Of a DNA stretch of 53,118 nt, positions 14,982 through 25,355 are shown piece by piece. Below the pieces are notes generated by a model. That model had not been told where the DNA came from, did not search any database, and worked only from the letters and a program-made list of their open reading frames with translations. The position numbers were made by a program, and so were the translations under genes. This stretch comes from a virus (lineage: Duplodnaviria > Caudoviricetes): the IMG/VR virus record IMGVR_UViG_3300020045_001235, positions 1 through 53,118 of that record; one strand, 5' to 3'. The stretch's first letter is position 1. Each line of letters starts with the position of its first letter.

Positions 14982-16172
14982 ATGAACTATCTTACTTACG
15001 AAGAAATTTGCAAGCGCGCATCCGAAGCAAACAACGGTCCATATGAGTTTGTAGCTAGAGCTAATGGTAAATACGTCTTGCGTTGCAAAACTCACGGTGA
15101 CTTCCAACTTCCTCCAGGTTCGTTTTATAACGGCTCTGGTTGTTGGAATTGTGAGCTGGAAAAACGCCGCATCAGATTCAACGCAAAGATTGAAGCATAT
15201 CGTTCTGAGTTTGTTGGTAAATGTCTCGCAATTCACGGTGATAGATACGACTACTCCAAGGTTGTTTACACAGGAGCATTGCACAAAGTAACTATCGTCT
15301 GTCGTGAGCATGGTGATTTTGAGCAGTTTGCAGCTAATCACGTCAGAGGTACAGGTTGCCCCACTTGCGCCATCAACTCCCGTAAACTACAAGCCGAATT
15401 CCGCCGTGACGACGAAGCATATCAAGCGCGTCGTGCCCTTGCTTTGAGTAGTGACCCTGTTTATTACGTCTATATGTACCGCGACCCGCGTCCTGAAAAC
15501 TTCGGTACTCCGGTGTATGTCGGTATGGGTAAGGGCGACCGAATGTTCCATCATCTGACTAACTCGCACAGTCGCGCCGTGCGAGCATTTGTAGCCAAAA
15601 TGGCTGCGCTGAACCTCCCGCTGGCACCTGAGTTGGTTAAGACTGGACTACTACAAGCAGAAGCATTCGACCTTGAGCGCGAAACGATTGCAAAGTATCG
15701 TCGTCGCAAAGACGGCGGCACACTGTTGAATCTTACGTTGGGCGGGGAAGGTCCGACCTGTTTTAACCACACGGAAGAATCCAAACGCAAGATCGGCGAA
15801 GCGTCGCGGCGAATCATGTCCGACCCAGAGTACAAAGCAGCGTGGATGGAGAAGCACAAGGCTGGTTGTCAGAGTGAGGAAGCCGCCCTCAAGAAGTCCA
15901 AGGCAACTACCGCAGGGTGGCAGAACGAAGAAACTCGTCGTAAACGCTCAGAAGGTATCAAAGCCTCCCGTAGCACCGAAGAATCCCGCGCCAAGACTCG
16001 CGCACAGCAAGCCGAACAGTGGGACGATGAAGCGAAGAAGAAAGCATCGGACTTCGCCAAAGAACGTCTGCAAGACCCACTCATCAAAGCTCGCAGTAGC
16101 GTAGCGAACGCCTATAACTGGTGCAAACGTCAAGGCAGGCCGTTTTCTGACGTAACCTTCCCACCCCTATAA
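14982..16172 (+). CDS. free-standing homing endonuclease: two DUF723-like Cys/His repeats, GIY-YIG domain, NUMOD3-like tail
   Basis: CxxHGDF...GCxxC twice; YYVYMYRDP...YVGMGKGDR...LLNLTLGGEG; HTEESKRKIGE. Confidence 0.8.
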   Translation: MNYLTYEEICKRASEANNGPYEFVARANGKYVLRCKTHGDFQLPPGSFYNGSGCWNCELEKRRIRFNAKIEAYRSEFVGKCLAIHGDRYDYSKVVYTGALHKVTIVCREHGDFEQFAANHVRGTGCPTCAINSRKLQAEFRRDDEAYQARRALALSSDPVYYVYMYRDPRPENFGTPVYVGMGKGDRMFHHLTNSHSRAVRAFVAKMAALNLPLAPELVKTGLLQAEAFDLERETIAKYRRRKDGGTLLNLTLGGEGPTCFNHTEESKRKIGEASRRIMSDPEYKAAWMEKHKAGCQSEEAALKKSKATTAGWQNEETRRKRSEGIKASRSTEESRAKTRAQQAEQWDDEAKKKASDFAKERLQDPLIKARSSVANAYNWCKRQGRPFSDVTFPPL

Positions 16173-16235
16173 ATTTTCTGCTACAATATCCTCGCAACCT
16201 ATTCAATCTGGCAAACTTTTCAAGGAGTAGCCAAA

Positions 16236-16946
16236 ATGCAAATTAGCGACGACCTCTACCTTGGCCCGGTGTACAATCCCGGCCGTGCTGCCTCCGGTGG
16301 CCCTTCCCCGATGGAACTTGGCGTTGGTCCGATGGGCCGAGTCTACGTGTGGGACGTGGTTGCAGAAGCCAAATCCACCACTGCTGTAGCAGCCTCCCAA
16401 ACTCCGGGTTCCGGCGTAACCTTCCTCATCAACGGCGCAAAGGCGTCGGGCGGCGTGGCTACGTTTGCTACCCCGCGTGGTGTTGACATCGTTGCTGGTA
16501 CTGCCGGCGACACAACCCAAGTTGTTACGATCACAGGTACTGACGTGTATGGCAACGCGATGTCCGAAGCAATCACCGCCAACGGCACCAGTCGCGTGTC
16601 GGGGCTGAAGACGTTCAAGACGGTCACTTCGGCAGTCAGCGCAACGGCGTTCACCACGACTGCTGCCATCGGTAGTACCGACGTTCTGGGTATCCCGGTT
16701 CGCGTCACGGATGCAGGTTACATCGTTCATGCGGGTTACAACAACACGCTGGCTGACGATGCAGGTACGTTCGTTGCTGCTGACACGGCGACGGCCACCA
16801 CGACTACGGGTGATGTGCGCGGTACTTTCGTCCCGTCCTCGGCCCCCGATGCTGCGAAGCGACTGGTTGTGTCGATTGCCCTTCCGGCGTTGGCTGTTGG
16901 CCCGAACGCTACGTTGGTAGGTGCCTACGGCGTAACGCAAGCCTGA
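16236..16946 (+). CDS. virion structural protein
   Basis: AAGGAG RBS; A/T/G-rich; TTGDVRGT motif. Confidence 0.75.
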   Translation: MQISDDLYLGPVYNPGRAASGGPSPMELGVGPMGRVYVWDVVAEAKSTTAVAASQTPGSGVTFLINGAKASGGVATFATPRGVDIVAGTAGDTTQVVTITGTDVYGNAMSEAITANGTSRVSGLKTFKTVTSAVSATAFTTTAAIGSTDVLGIPVRVTDAGYIVHAGYNNTLADDAGTFVAADTATATTTTGDVRGTFVPSSAPDAAKRLVVSIALPALAVGPNATLVGAYGVTQA

Positions 16947-16951
16947 TTAAC

Positions 16952-16967
16952 GGGGGCTTCGGCCCCC
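16952..16967 (+). promoter_or_regulatory. C(UUCG)G hairpin, mRNA stability element or weak terminator
   Basis: GGGGGC-TTCG-GCCCCC with no U tract. Confidence 0.6.
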
Positions 16968-16985
16968 AATTAGCAAGGAGTTCGT

Positions 16986-17255
16986 ATGTACGCTGATAAA
17001 TTAGGCTACTACAATTCAGGCGTTACGGCGGGTGTGCAAATCAAGACTGGTCCTGCTGGTCTGTTCGGTATCGTTTCTACGGTCACGGGCGGTGCAGTCA
17101 CGGTGTACGACGGTACGTCCACAAGCGGTACGATCCTCTACACAAAGACGTTGGCTGTTGGCGACGTGGTACATTTCGGCGGCATCGGCATTGCTGCAAA
17201 AACCGGCCTCTTCTTGGTCGTTGCGGCAGGCACAGTGAACGTCATCTACACCTAA
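16986..17255 (+). CDS. small virion protein
   Basis: AAGGAG RBS; beta-rich, VYDGTSTSG. Confidence 0.75.
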   Translation: MYADKLGYYNSGVTAGVQIKTGPAGLFGIVSTVTGGAVTVYDGTSTSGTILYTKTLAVGDVVHFGGIGIAAKTGLFLVVAAGTVNVIYT

Positions 17256-17267
17256 CGAGGCCACCAC

Positions 17268-18248
17268 ATGGCGACATCAGGCACCATCGGCACAACCACA
17301 ATCAGCACCATGAAGTTGCTTGAGAAGGCTGTACGTCGATGCGGCCTGATGCCTCAACAGTTGGAGCCTGAGATTGTTGCTACGGCAACTGAAGACTTGT
17401 TCATGTTGTTGATGAGTCTGAGTAATCGCGGCCTCAACCTGTGGTGTGTGGATCAGCAACTGATGCCGTTGGTTAGCGGCAAAAAGACGTATGTGCTTCC
17501 GACCGGCACCACCGACGTACTGAATTTGCTTCTGTGCACTCCCAGAAGTATTACGGGCGACTTCGAGTTGACTACAAACTATGCAACTATGCCGTTTGAG
17601 GATGGTCAGTCTGACGTTGTGCGTGTAGGTGTTAAGTTCTCTGTACTTCCTACGGTATCGTTCCAGATTCAATCGTCTGACGACGGTGTTACGTGGGTGA
17701 CTCAGAAAACAGTTACGGACTTCCCCGAGGTTGACGAGTTTGGCTGGTACGACTTGGATGTCGTCATCTCTGCTACACACATTCGTTTGTACTCAACCAC
17801 ACTTGGCACTGTTAGCGACATCATTGCTGCCAGTTCGGTTCGAGAATTGAACATTGCTGCGTTCAACCGTGACGACTATGCCAACCAACCGAACAAGAAT
17901 CAACAATCCATTACACCCGTAAACTACTTCTTTGAGAAATTGGTGACTCCGCAGATTACCCTGTGGCCGGTACCGAGCGATGATACGGCGCATTTGAGTT
18001 TGTACCGTTACCGGCAGATTCAAGACATCGGTACGCTGACACAGACAATCGAACTACCGATGCGGTGGTTTGAGGCTATCTGCTGGCACCTTGCCGCACG
18101 ACTGGCGTTTGAACTGCCGGGAGTTGATCCTGCTCGTCGCGCTGAAGTGGTGCAGATGGCGAACGGCATGACCTTGGAAGTTGAGGGCGGGGAAACGGAC
18201 AACAGCCCGACGTATTTCGCTCCGAACATTGGTGTTTACACGTCATGA
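17268..18248 (+). CDS. putative head-tail adaptor/connector
   Basis: MATSGT N-terminus, NRGLNLW, ITLWPVP, LPMRWFEAI. Confidence 0.65.
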   Translation: MATSGTIGTTTISTMKLLEKAVRRCGLMPQQLEPEIVATATEDLFMLLMSLSNRGLNLWCVDQQLMPLVSGKKTYVLPTGTTDVLNLLLCTPRSITGDFELTTNYATMPFEDGQSDVVRVGVKFSVLPTVSFQIQSSDDGVTWVTQKTVTDFPEVDEFGWYDLDVVISATHIRLYSTTLGTVSDIIAASSVRELNIAAFNRDDYANQPNKNQQSITPVNYFFEKLVTPQITLWPVPSDDTAHLSLYRYRQIQDIGTLTQTIELPMRWFEAICWHLAARLAFELPGVDPARRAEVVQMANGMTLEVEGGETDNSPTYFAPNIGVYTS

Positions 18249-18544
18249 GTCTATACCTTCCTGTATCTACAAGGGGTACTTGTGCAATCGGTATTTGTGC
18301 GCGATGCAACCGCAAAGTGCCGTATGACGAACTGCGTCCCGACGGTAATTCGCCTGGACTGAGGGTATGTAGCGATCCGGGTTGTTACGACGTAAAAGAC
18401 CCCTACAGGCTTCCTGCAAGGCAGACAGAAAATATAAGTCTTCGCTACCCGCGCCCAGACGAGCCGTTGGTGCCGAACAATCGTCCGATAATCGGCACAG
18501 AATTCGACGTTGCAGTGTACTTCCCTCCTGAGATAACGCCATGA
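18245..18544 (+). CDS. small Cys-motif protein
   Basis: CARC...GLRVC...CYD, PRPD; ATGA overlaps at both ends. Confidence 0.75.
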   Translation: MSLYLPVSTRGTCAIGICARCNRKVPYDELRPDGNSPGLRVCSDPGCYDVKDPYRLPARQTENISLRYPRPDEPLVPNNRPIIGTEFDVAVYFPPEITP

Positions 18545-19503
18545 GTTTGAAGATCAGAATCACCGATCTACCACAGGCAACTTCGCTTGACGGCTCTGAA
18601 CTCACGCTGGTTGTTCAGGCGGGCGTATCCAAAAAAGCATCAGTGAATCAGGTGGTGAATAACGCCGAGAGTGTTATTCAGACTTACGTTGTTCAGGCAG
18701 AGTCGGCCGCAAGTAACGCGAACGTATCGGCAAGTGCAGCTTCGTTGAGTCAGAGTCAGGCGCAAAGTTCTGCGGCGAGTGCTCAAGGCTACGCCACTTC
18801 TGCTCAGAATTATTCAGTCGCTGCTGCCGGGAGCGCATCTGGGGCTGCGATTTCAGCCTCTCAATCTAGTGATTATGCAGCTCAGGCTGCCCAGAGTGTT
18901 ATTGATGCCGCCGACGCCTCTCGCTTGACGATTGGCGTTGTTACGACAGGTGCTCCCGGTTCTCCGGCAGACGCGAGCATTACGGGCGACCCTGGTTCAC
19001 AACTGTTGAATTTGACCATCCCAGCAGGTGATGTGGGGGTTAGTAGCGTTAGCGGTTCTGCCCCCATAGTATCGTCGGGTGGTACTACCCCTGTAATTAG
19101 TGTGACGACGGGCACTACGGCGGGTACGGTAGCAACAGGTGACCACCTACACACAGGGGTTTATGAGCCTGCCGATGCCACAATCTTGAAGTCGTCTGCT
19201 ATTGGCGTAACCGTACAGGCATACGACGCAACGACGCTGAAGTCCGCCGACATTGGAGTTTCAGTACAAGCATACGATGCTACGACGCTGAAGTCCGCCG
19301 ATATTGGCGTGTCGGTACAAGCCTATGACGCTGATTTGACAAGTTGGGCAGCGATTGCTCCTAGTGCTAAACAAGACACCTTGATTTCAGGGACTAACAT
19401 AAAAACCATCAATGGTATGTCCATTCTCGGCAGCGGGGACTTGGTTGTTAGTGGTGGCGGGGCTAGTGGGTTTGAACAAACGTTCCTTTTGATGGGTGCA
19501 TAA
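18541..19503 (+). CDS. tail fibre-like protein
   Basis: ITDLPQAT N-terminus, Ala/Ser coiled coil, 3 x 17-aa IGVSVQAYD repeat, GTNIKTING. Confidence 0.7.
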   Translation: MSLKIRITDLPQATSLDGSELTLVVQAGVSKKASVNQVVNNAESVIQTYVVQAESAASNANVSASAASLSQSQAQSSAASAQGYATSAQNYSVAAAGSASGAAISASQSSDYAAQAAQSVIDAADASRLTIGVVTTGAPGSPADASITGDPGSQLLNLTIPAGDVGVSSVSGSAPIVSSGGTTPVISVTTGTTAGTVATGDHLHTGVYEPADATILKSSAIGVTVQAYDATTLKSADIGVSVQAYDATTLKSADIGVSVQAYDADLTSWAAIAPSAKQDTLISGTNIKTINGMSILGSGDLVVSGGGASGFEQTFLLMGA

Positions 19504-19829
19504 TGGCTAACGCGTACAAAGTATTAGGTCAAGTAGCACCTTCCGCCACTACTGCCACAACGCTGTACACGGCACCTGCGTCTACTTCCGCCGTATGCTC
19601 TACGTTGTCGGTGTGTAACCGAGGTGTAGCGACTACATTCAGGGTGGCTGTCCGGCCGGCCGGTGCAGCGTTGGCGAACCAACACTACGTAGTTTATGAC
19701 GCGCCGCTTGGCGCTAACGATACCGTATTCCTCACCTTGGGTATATCTCTGGCTACCACCGACGTGGTTACAGTTTACGCCGCCACAGCAGATACCTCGT
19801 TCAATCTATATGGCTCAGAGATTACCTGA
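19503..19829 (+). CDS. small virion/fibre-associated protein
   Basis: YKVLGQVAP...FNLYGSEIT; TAATG coupling. Confidence 0.75.
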   Translation: MANAYKVLGQVAPSATTATTLYTAPASTSAVCSTLSVCNRGVATTFRVAVRPAGAALANQHYVVYDAPLGANDTVFLTLGISLATTDVVTVYAATADTSFNLYGSEIT

Positions 19830-21268
19830 TGAGCTTCCGGACGATTTCTGACTGCACGATTGCAGCTAAGACGTTTCCTACCACAACGGGGTGGGAGCGA
19901 CCTTACGATTGGCCGACTCTTCCGTTGGTATTACCTACCGACGAGAAGTTCGTTGGGTTGCATGCTGTTTACGACTCGGAATCAAATTTCTTGGCGCTTT
20001 CGGCCACAGGGGACTACACAGTCGACTGGGGTGACGGTACGAGTGCAAACTTTTCTTCGGGTGTCACTGCGGAACATACTTACACCTACTCAGACGTAGA
20101 TTTGTCACCTGTTACCAGTCGGGGGTACAAGTGTGCGATTGTCACGGTTACACCTCAAGTGGGACAGCAGCTAACATCACTCAACCTGCATATCAGGCAT
20201 AGCACATCCGGACTCAATACTTACAGCAGCGGGTTTCTAGACATTGCTCTTGCCAGTCAATACCTGACCGATTTGCGGATCGGCGTGCAGACCCCCGGCT
20301 CATCAACTCAGGTCATCGGGTTTTACGACTTGGAGCGTGTCAACATTGTTCGCTCCGATTTGCGGCAGTGTGGACATTTGTTCTTCTCGTGTTATTCGTT
20401 ACAGGAAATTGTCGACATTTCGTTGAGTACAGCCGCAACAACGAGTAGTGCAGTTACCTTCACGGATGCCGGCGACCTTGTGAATTGGACAGCGCACCCG
20501 TTCAGGAACGGAGATGCTGTTATCTTTTCCAGCGTCGTAACTACAACAGGGATAACGGCGTATACTAGGTATTTCGTGGTTGGTGCTGCCGCAAATACGT
20601 TTCAAATTTCCACTACGTACGGTGGATCGGCGGTTGCACTTACGACGGACGGCAGTGGTGTAGGAATCTTTGGGGCTAATTTTGCAAGCATTTTCACAAC
20701 GTGTCGCTCCTTGCAGACTATCCCTACACTTGACACTTCGTCTGTTATTGATATGACAAGTGCGTTTCAAAACTGTACGTCGCTGGTTACAATACCTCTA
20801 ATTGACACTTCGGCCAGTGTTAATTTCACCAGTACGTTCAATACGTGCACTGCATTGCAAGAAATCCCCCTGATAGACACGTCAGCTGGGGTTAATTTCG
20901 GCAGTACGTTTCAGTCATGTTCGTCATTGCAAACCGTTCCTCTACTAAATACTTCTGCTGGTACTAGTGCGGCCAGTATGTTTTTCGCGTGCCAATCGTT
21001 ACAGGTTGTTCCAGCACTCGACGTGTCATCTGTTGTGACAACCACATCCATGTTTTCCACCTGCCCCTCATTGCAGACAATGTCAGCTACGGGCATGCCG
21101 TCTACATTCTCTGTCGCCTCGTGCAAGCTCGGCCCTGCCGCTCTGGACACCATCTACACAGCGCTCCCTACTGTTACCGCAAAGACGATCACGGTCACCG
21201 GTAACTGGGGCGTTGCATCTGATACGCCGTCAATCGCAACGGCAAAAGGTTGGACCGTCACAGGATAA
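19829..21268 (+). CDS. BspA/DUF285-like leucine-rich-repeat virion protein
   Basis: VDWGDG, 24-aa DTSxxxxxxxxFxxCxxL repeats, IATAKGWTV C-terminus. Confidence 0.75.
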   Translation: MSFRTISDCTIAAKTFPTTTGWERPYDWPTLPLVLPTDEKFVGLHAVYDSESNFLALSATGDYTVDWGDGTSANFSSGVTAEHTYTYSDVDLSPVTSRGYKCAIVTVTPQVGQQLTSLNLHIRHSTSGLNTYSSGFLDIALASQYLTDLRIGVQTPGSSTQVIGFYDLERVNIVRSDLRQCGHLFFSCYSLQEIVDISLSTAATTSSAVTFTDAGDLVNWTAHPFRNGDAVIFSSVVTTTGITAYTRYFVVGAAANTFQISTTYGGSAVALTTDGSGVGIFGANFASIFTTCRSLQTIPTLDTSSVIDMTSAFQNCTSLVTIPLIDTSASVNFTSTFNTCTALQEIPLIDTSAGVNFGSTFQSCSSLQTVPLLNTSAGTSAASMFFACQSLQVVPALDVSSVVTTTSMFSTCPSLQTMSATGMPSTFSVASCKLGPAALDTIYTALPTVTAKTITVTGNWGVASDTPSIATAKGWTVTG

Positions 21269-21271
21269 ATC

Positions 21272-21679
21272 ATGCCATTCTACAAACGCGAAAACGAAGA
21301 ACTCCTGATCGCCCCGAACTTTGTCATTAGTCCGACTTTTGAGTTGCGGGAAGAGTCTCACGACCAGAACACCTATCCGGTTGAAGGGTGGCATTGGTTC
21401 CCAAACCTTGATGCGGCGATGGCGGCATTATCTCAGTCGGTAGCCGTTACGATTACCCGTAGACAAGGGCGCTTGGCACTACTTGAGCACGGACTACTGG
21501 ATGATGTGGAAGCAGCCCTTGCTGCTATCCCAGACGCCACCCAGCGCCGCGCCGCGCAGATTGAATACGAAGCGGATACTTGGGAGCGCAACAACGCTTT
21601 CCTGCAAACGATGTGGGCAAACCTTGGTGGTACATCGGAAGGTTTAGATGCACTGTTCGCCTTAGCTGCCACGAAGTAA
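21272..21679 (+). CDS. tail fibre assembly/chaperone-like protein
   Basis: ITRRQGRLALL...AQIEYE...LDALFALAA. Confidence 0.65.
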   Translation: MPFYKRENEELLIAPNFVISPTFELREESHDQNTYPVEGWHWFPNLDAAMAALSQSVAVTITRRQGRLALLEHGLLDDVEAALAAIPDATQRRAAQIEYEADTWERNNAFLQTMWANLGGTSEGLDALFALAATK

Positions 21680-21703
21680 CACTTGATCCGAGTTGAGGTA
21701 CAC

Positions 21704-22321
21704 ATGACACAAGCAATGACTTACGATAGTTTGGTTCAGGACTTGACCGACTACTGCGAGCGGTCTGATACACCGTTCCTGAATCAGATTCCGCGATTCA
21801 TCATGATGGCGGAAAATCGCATCGCCAGTGAGTCAAAACCTCTCGGCTTTCAGCGCACAGTCACTGGCACACTTAACAGCAACACGCTTGCGAAGCCTAT
21901 CCGTTGGCGTAAGACCAAGAGTCTGAGTTTGATTGTTGGTGCCGAGAAGAAGTATCTCTACAACCGTAGTTATGAGTATCTTCGCTCGTATTGGCCTGAC
22001 CCGAGTTTGACCGACGTGCCATACTTCTACGCGGACTACGACTACGAGCACTATTTTATAGCGCCGACACCGGACTTGAACTACGAATTTGAATTACAAT
22101 ACTACGAACGCCCGGAACCGCTTTCCGAGGTCAATCAGACAAACTGGACGACGCAATACGCACCGCAGCTACTACTTTATGGTGCGATGATGGAGGCAAT
22201 GCCTTTTTTGAAGACTTCGGAGCGTATTCCTGAGTTTCAGGCGCTGTACGACCGGGCGTTGGGTGCGATCAGCAATGAGGATTCATCTCGTTTGGTGGAT
22301 TCGGCAGCAGTGAGGGGCTAA
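21704..22321 (+). CDS. putative tail adaptor
   Basis: GAGG RBS; IPRFIMMAE, APTPD, APQLLLYG. Confidence 0.65.
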   Translation: MTQAMTYDSLVQDLTDYCERSDTPFLNQIPRFIMMAENRIASESKPLGFQRTVTGTLNSNTLAKPIRWRKTKSLSLIVGAEKKYLYNRSYEYLRSYWPDPSLTDVPYFYADYDYEHYFIAPTPDLNYEFELQYYERPEPLSEVNQTNWTTQYAPQLLLYGAMMEAMPFLKTSERIPEFQALYDRALGAISNEDSSRLVDSAAVRG

Positions 22322-22324
22322 CAG

Positions 22325-25300
22325 ATGACGACATATACCGACGTTTTTGGTAACAACACACTACCTCCGGCAGAGTACGGCTATCGCGCCGCGACGATTG
22401 CTGCAAACACGACCTACGCGTGGCCGTACAACACAAACGACGCAACGACGGCTATCGCCAAGATCATGGACTTTACTTGCAATGCAGGTAACGTTCTAAC
22501 CCTTCCCGACGCAACGCTGGTTTCTACCGGCGAAGACTTCCTGATTCGTAACGTCGGTGCGAACGACCTTGCAGTCAACGACGCAGGCGGTGTTCCAGTC
22601 TATACGGTAGTGGCGGGTGCGGCTGTTTATTTCTACCTTACTGACAACACGACGAGTGCTGGCACTTACGGCACAGTGGCTTACGGCGTCGGTACTTCCT
22701 CGGTGGATGCAGCAACGCTCGTTGGCTACGGCATCAAGGCTATCTCTGGTAGCTTGAACCAGTCGCACCCTGTAGTTACTGAATCTGCTACCGTGACAAT
22801 CGGTTCTACCTACAGGGCGAAGTTGGTCAACTTCAACGCAGGGGCTGTTACTGCCAACTTGGACGACGCGACGACATTGGGTGACGACTTCTTCTTCATG
22901 CTGCGCAACTCCGGTAGCGGCTCTTTGACAGTTGATCCTAGCGGCTCGCAAACCATCGACGGACAAGGTTCGCTTGTTGTGCAGCCGGGCGAGTCGTTGA
23001 TGTTGTTCTGTTCTGGCGCAGCGTGGTACTCAGTAGGTTATGGTCGCAGTACGTTGTTCCAATTCACGCAGTTGGTACTTGACGTTTCGGCTGGAGGTAC
23101 TTTCACACTCACTTCTTCGGAAGCAGCCAACAAACTTCTGACGTTCATCGGCACACCCGTTGCAGGTGTTACAGTCGTTGTACCGTCCATCGTGTCGGTG
23201 TACTACACTTATAACAACTTGAGTACAGCACAGTCAGTCACAGTCGAAACGGCGTTAGGTTCTGGCGTCGGAGTTGCCCAAGGTGGACGTGCGATCCTGA
23301 TCTGTGATGGTGTGGATGTCATTTCGGCCCAGTCTATTAGCGCAGGTTCTTCGATCAGCGTCATTGACGGTACGGCAGCATCCCCTGCGATTAACTTTTC
23401 GTCGCAAACAGATACTGGCATTTTCAAGTACAGTTCGGCAGGCGTTGGTATCTCATCTGGTGGCGTTGATGTTTTCCACGTAGACCAAGCGTCTGGACCT
23501 GTGTTCGCTACGGCGCTGCCGGTGACTTCCGGAGGTACAGGGCGAGCGACGAGTACGACGGCGTACGGGCTGATTACCGCAGGTACGACTGCTACGGGAG
23601 CGCATCAGACGCTTGCCGCAGGTTTGACGACGCAGATACTTGTTGGTGGTGGTGCTTCTGCGCTACCTGTATGGACGGCAGCAACGGGGTCTGGTTCCCC
23701 GGTTCGTGCAACCTCTCCGACGCTCGTAACTCCCGTTCTCGGTACCCCAACAAGCGGTACGCTGACCAACTGTACAGGGCTTCCGATTAGTACAGGCGTC
23801 ACTGGGTTGGGAACGGGGGTTGCTACTGCGTTAGGTGTTAATGTCGGGACAGCAGGTTCAGTTGTAGTAAATGGCGGCGCACTAGGTACACCCTCCAGCG
23901 GGACAATGACGAACGTAACAGGTACCGCCGCAAGTCTCACGGCTGGGCAAGCAACGGCTGCGCTCGGTTTGAAAACGGCAACTACCACGGTCAGTGTTTC
24001 TGCCGCAACTGCTCCGTCAGCAGGTCAAGCACTTATCGCAACCAATTCCACAACCGCGACGTGGCAAACTATATCGACTACACCCGCACTAAATGTCGTT
24101 ACTGGTGCCGTAGCTGATGCGACGATTGATAATGCCGCAAACAATATAGTTTGGAACTGGGACTTGACTGCGGCGAGTGAGACTGCATTCACCTTTGGTG
24201 AGAGTGGGGCATCTAGCGGCGGTTCAGGTTCGCAAAATTTACTCCTTGTGTCTACTGTTGCCACATCTACAGCTAATCCGTTCAGAGTACAAACCAGAGG
24301 GGTTGACACAATTTTGGTTGACCGACTGGGGACCATAAGTATCACAGGTCTTGACGGTGCCACAGGGGGAGGGACTACGGGTAGTGCTGTAACTATAACC
24401 GCAGGGTCCGCGTCGTCGACAAATACTGGCGGGGCTGTAAGTGTAACATCTGGTGCCAGTGTTAGCGGTGCATCCGGTGCACTGACTTTGGCATCTGGTA
24501 CCGGGGGTAGTACAGGGAATGTAATACTAAAGTCAGGTGATGCTAGTAACCAACCATCTGGTAATGTAAGTATTAGTACAGGTACGGCCACATCAGGTAC
24601 AGTAGGCAGCATTACAATTTCCACCGCTTCAGCCACCACAGGGGCTACCGGGGGCAACGTTACTATCACTGTTGGAAACAGTTCCAGCGGCGCAGGTAGG
24701 GCTGGAATTTTAACCTTAACAGGGGGAAATACCACAGGTGTAGCCCAATCAGGGAATTCTAGCGGGATTGTACTCACCGCAGGTAACGGCGGCGGTATCG
24801 CTTCTGTTGCAGGTGGTCCGGTAGTAATTACAGGTGGTAGCGGTTCTACTGTAACAACCGGCGGAATTGGAGGGGCTATAACTGTTACGTCCGGTAACGG
24901 CGGATTGGCTGCTGCCGGCGGGGTTCTCACGTTGGCATCTGGTACAGGTGGGGCTACTGCGGGTTCTCAAGGTGGTGCAATTAACATTACGTCCGGTGTA
25001 GGTACAACTACGGGAGCCAGCGGAGTAATCACCATCCAAAGTGGTACGAACGCTTCCTCCACAACAGGGGCTGCAATCAGCATTCTCGCCCAAGCGGCGA
25101 GCACCACGGGTGGTGCGGTAAACATAACTGCGGGTAATGCGACCACAACTGGCGGTGACATTGTTCTTACGACTGGTACAGGCTCCACTGGCGGTCGTGT
25201 AAACTTCGTCAACACCAACGTCGCAAACGGTGCAGTTGCAACAACTTTGGGTTCAGTCGGACCCACAGGGGCAGCTACAACAGTTCAAGGTTGGCTAGCA

Positions 25301-25342
25301 ATCAAAGTTGGCGGTACGGCCCGCTACATCCCATTCTGGTAA
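22325..25342 (+). CDS. long Gly/Thr/Ser-rich tail fibre/spike protein
   Basis: GTPxSGTLTN motifs, repeated GGxxxITxG units, RYIPFW C-terminus. Confidence 0.75.
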   Translation: MTTYTDVFGNNTLPPAEYGYRAATIAANTTYAWPYNTNDATTAIAKIMDFTCNAGNVLTLPDATLVSTGEDFLIRNVGANDLAVNDAGGVPVYTVVAGAAVYFYLTDNTTSAGTYGTVAYGVGTSSVDAATLVGYGIKAISGSLNQSHPVVTESATVTIGSTYRAKLVNFNAGAVTANLDDATTLGDDFFFMLRNSGSGSLTVDPSGSQTIDGQGSLVVQPGESLMLFCSGAAWYSVGYGRSTLFQFTQLVLDVSAGGTFTLTSSEAANKLLTFIGTPVAGVTVVVPSIVSVYYTYNNLSTAQSVTVETALGSGVGVAQGGRAILICDGVDVISAQSISAGSSISVIDGTAASPAINFSSQTDTGIFKYSSAGVGISSGGVDVFHVDQASGPVFATALPVTSGGTGRATSTTAYGLITAGTTATGAHQTLAAGLTTQILVGGGASALPVWTAATGSGSPVRATSPTLVTPVLGTPTSGTLTNCTGLPISTGVTGLGTGVATALGVNVGTAGSVVVNGGALGTPSSGTMTNVTGTAASLTAGQATAALGLKTATTTVSVSAATAPSAGQALIATNSTTATWQTISTTPALNVVTGAVADATIDNAANNIVWNWDLTAASETAFTFGESGASSGGSGSQNLLLVSTVATSTANPFRVQTRGVDTILVDRLGTISITGLDGATGGGTTGSAVTITAGSASSTNTGGAVSVTSGASVSGASGALTLASGTGGSTGNVILKSGDASNQPSGNVSISTGTATSGTVGSITISTASATTGATGGNVTITVGNSSSGAGRAGILTLTGGNTTGVAQSGNSSGIVLTAGNGGGIASVAGGPVVITGGSGSTVTTGGIGGAITVTSGNGGLAAAGGVLTLASGTGGATAGSQGGAINITSGVGTTTGASGVITIQSGTNASSTTGAAISILAQAASTTGGAVNITAGNATTTGGDIVLTTGTGSTGGRVNFVNTNVANGAVATTLGSVGPTGAATTVQGWLAIKVGGTARYIPFW

Positions 25343-25355
25343 TAGGAGTTTTCAA

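Noticed and set aside
14866-16235. Group I intron carrying the endonuclease
   Set aside because: MCP ends normally with a terminator and the next gene has its own RBS; no split exons or intron core seen
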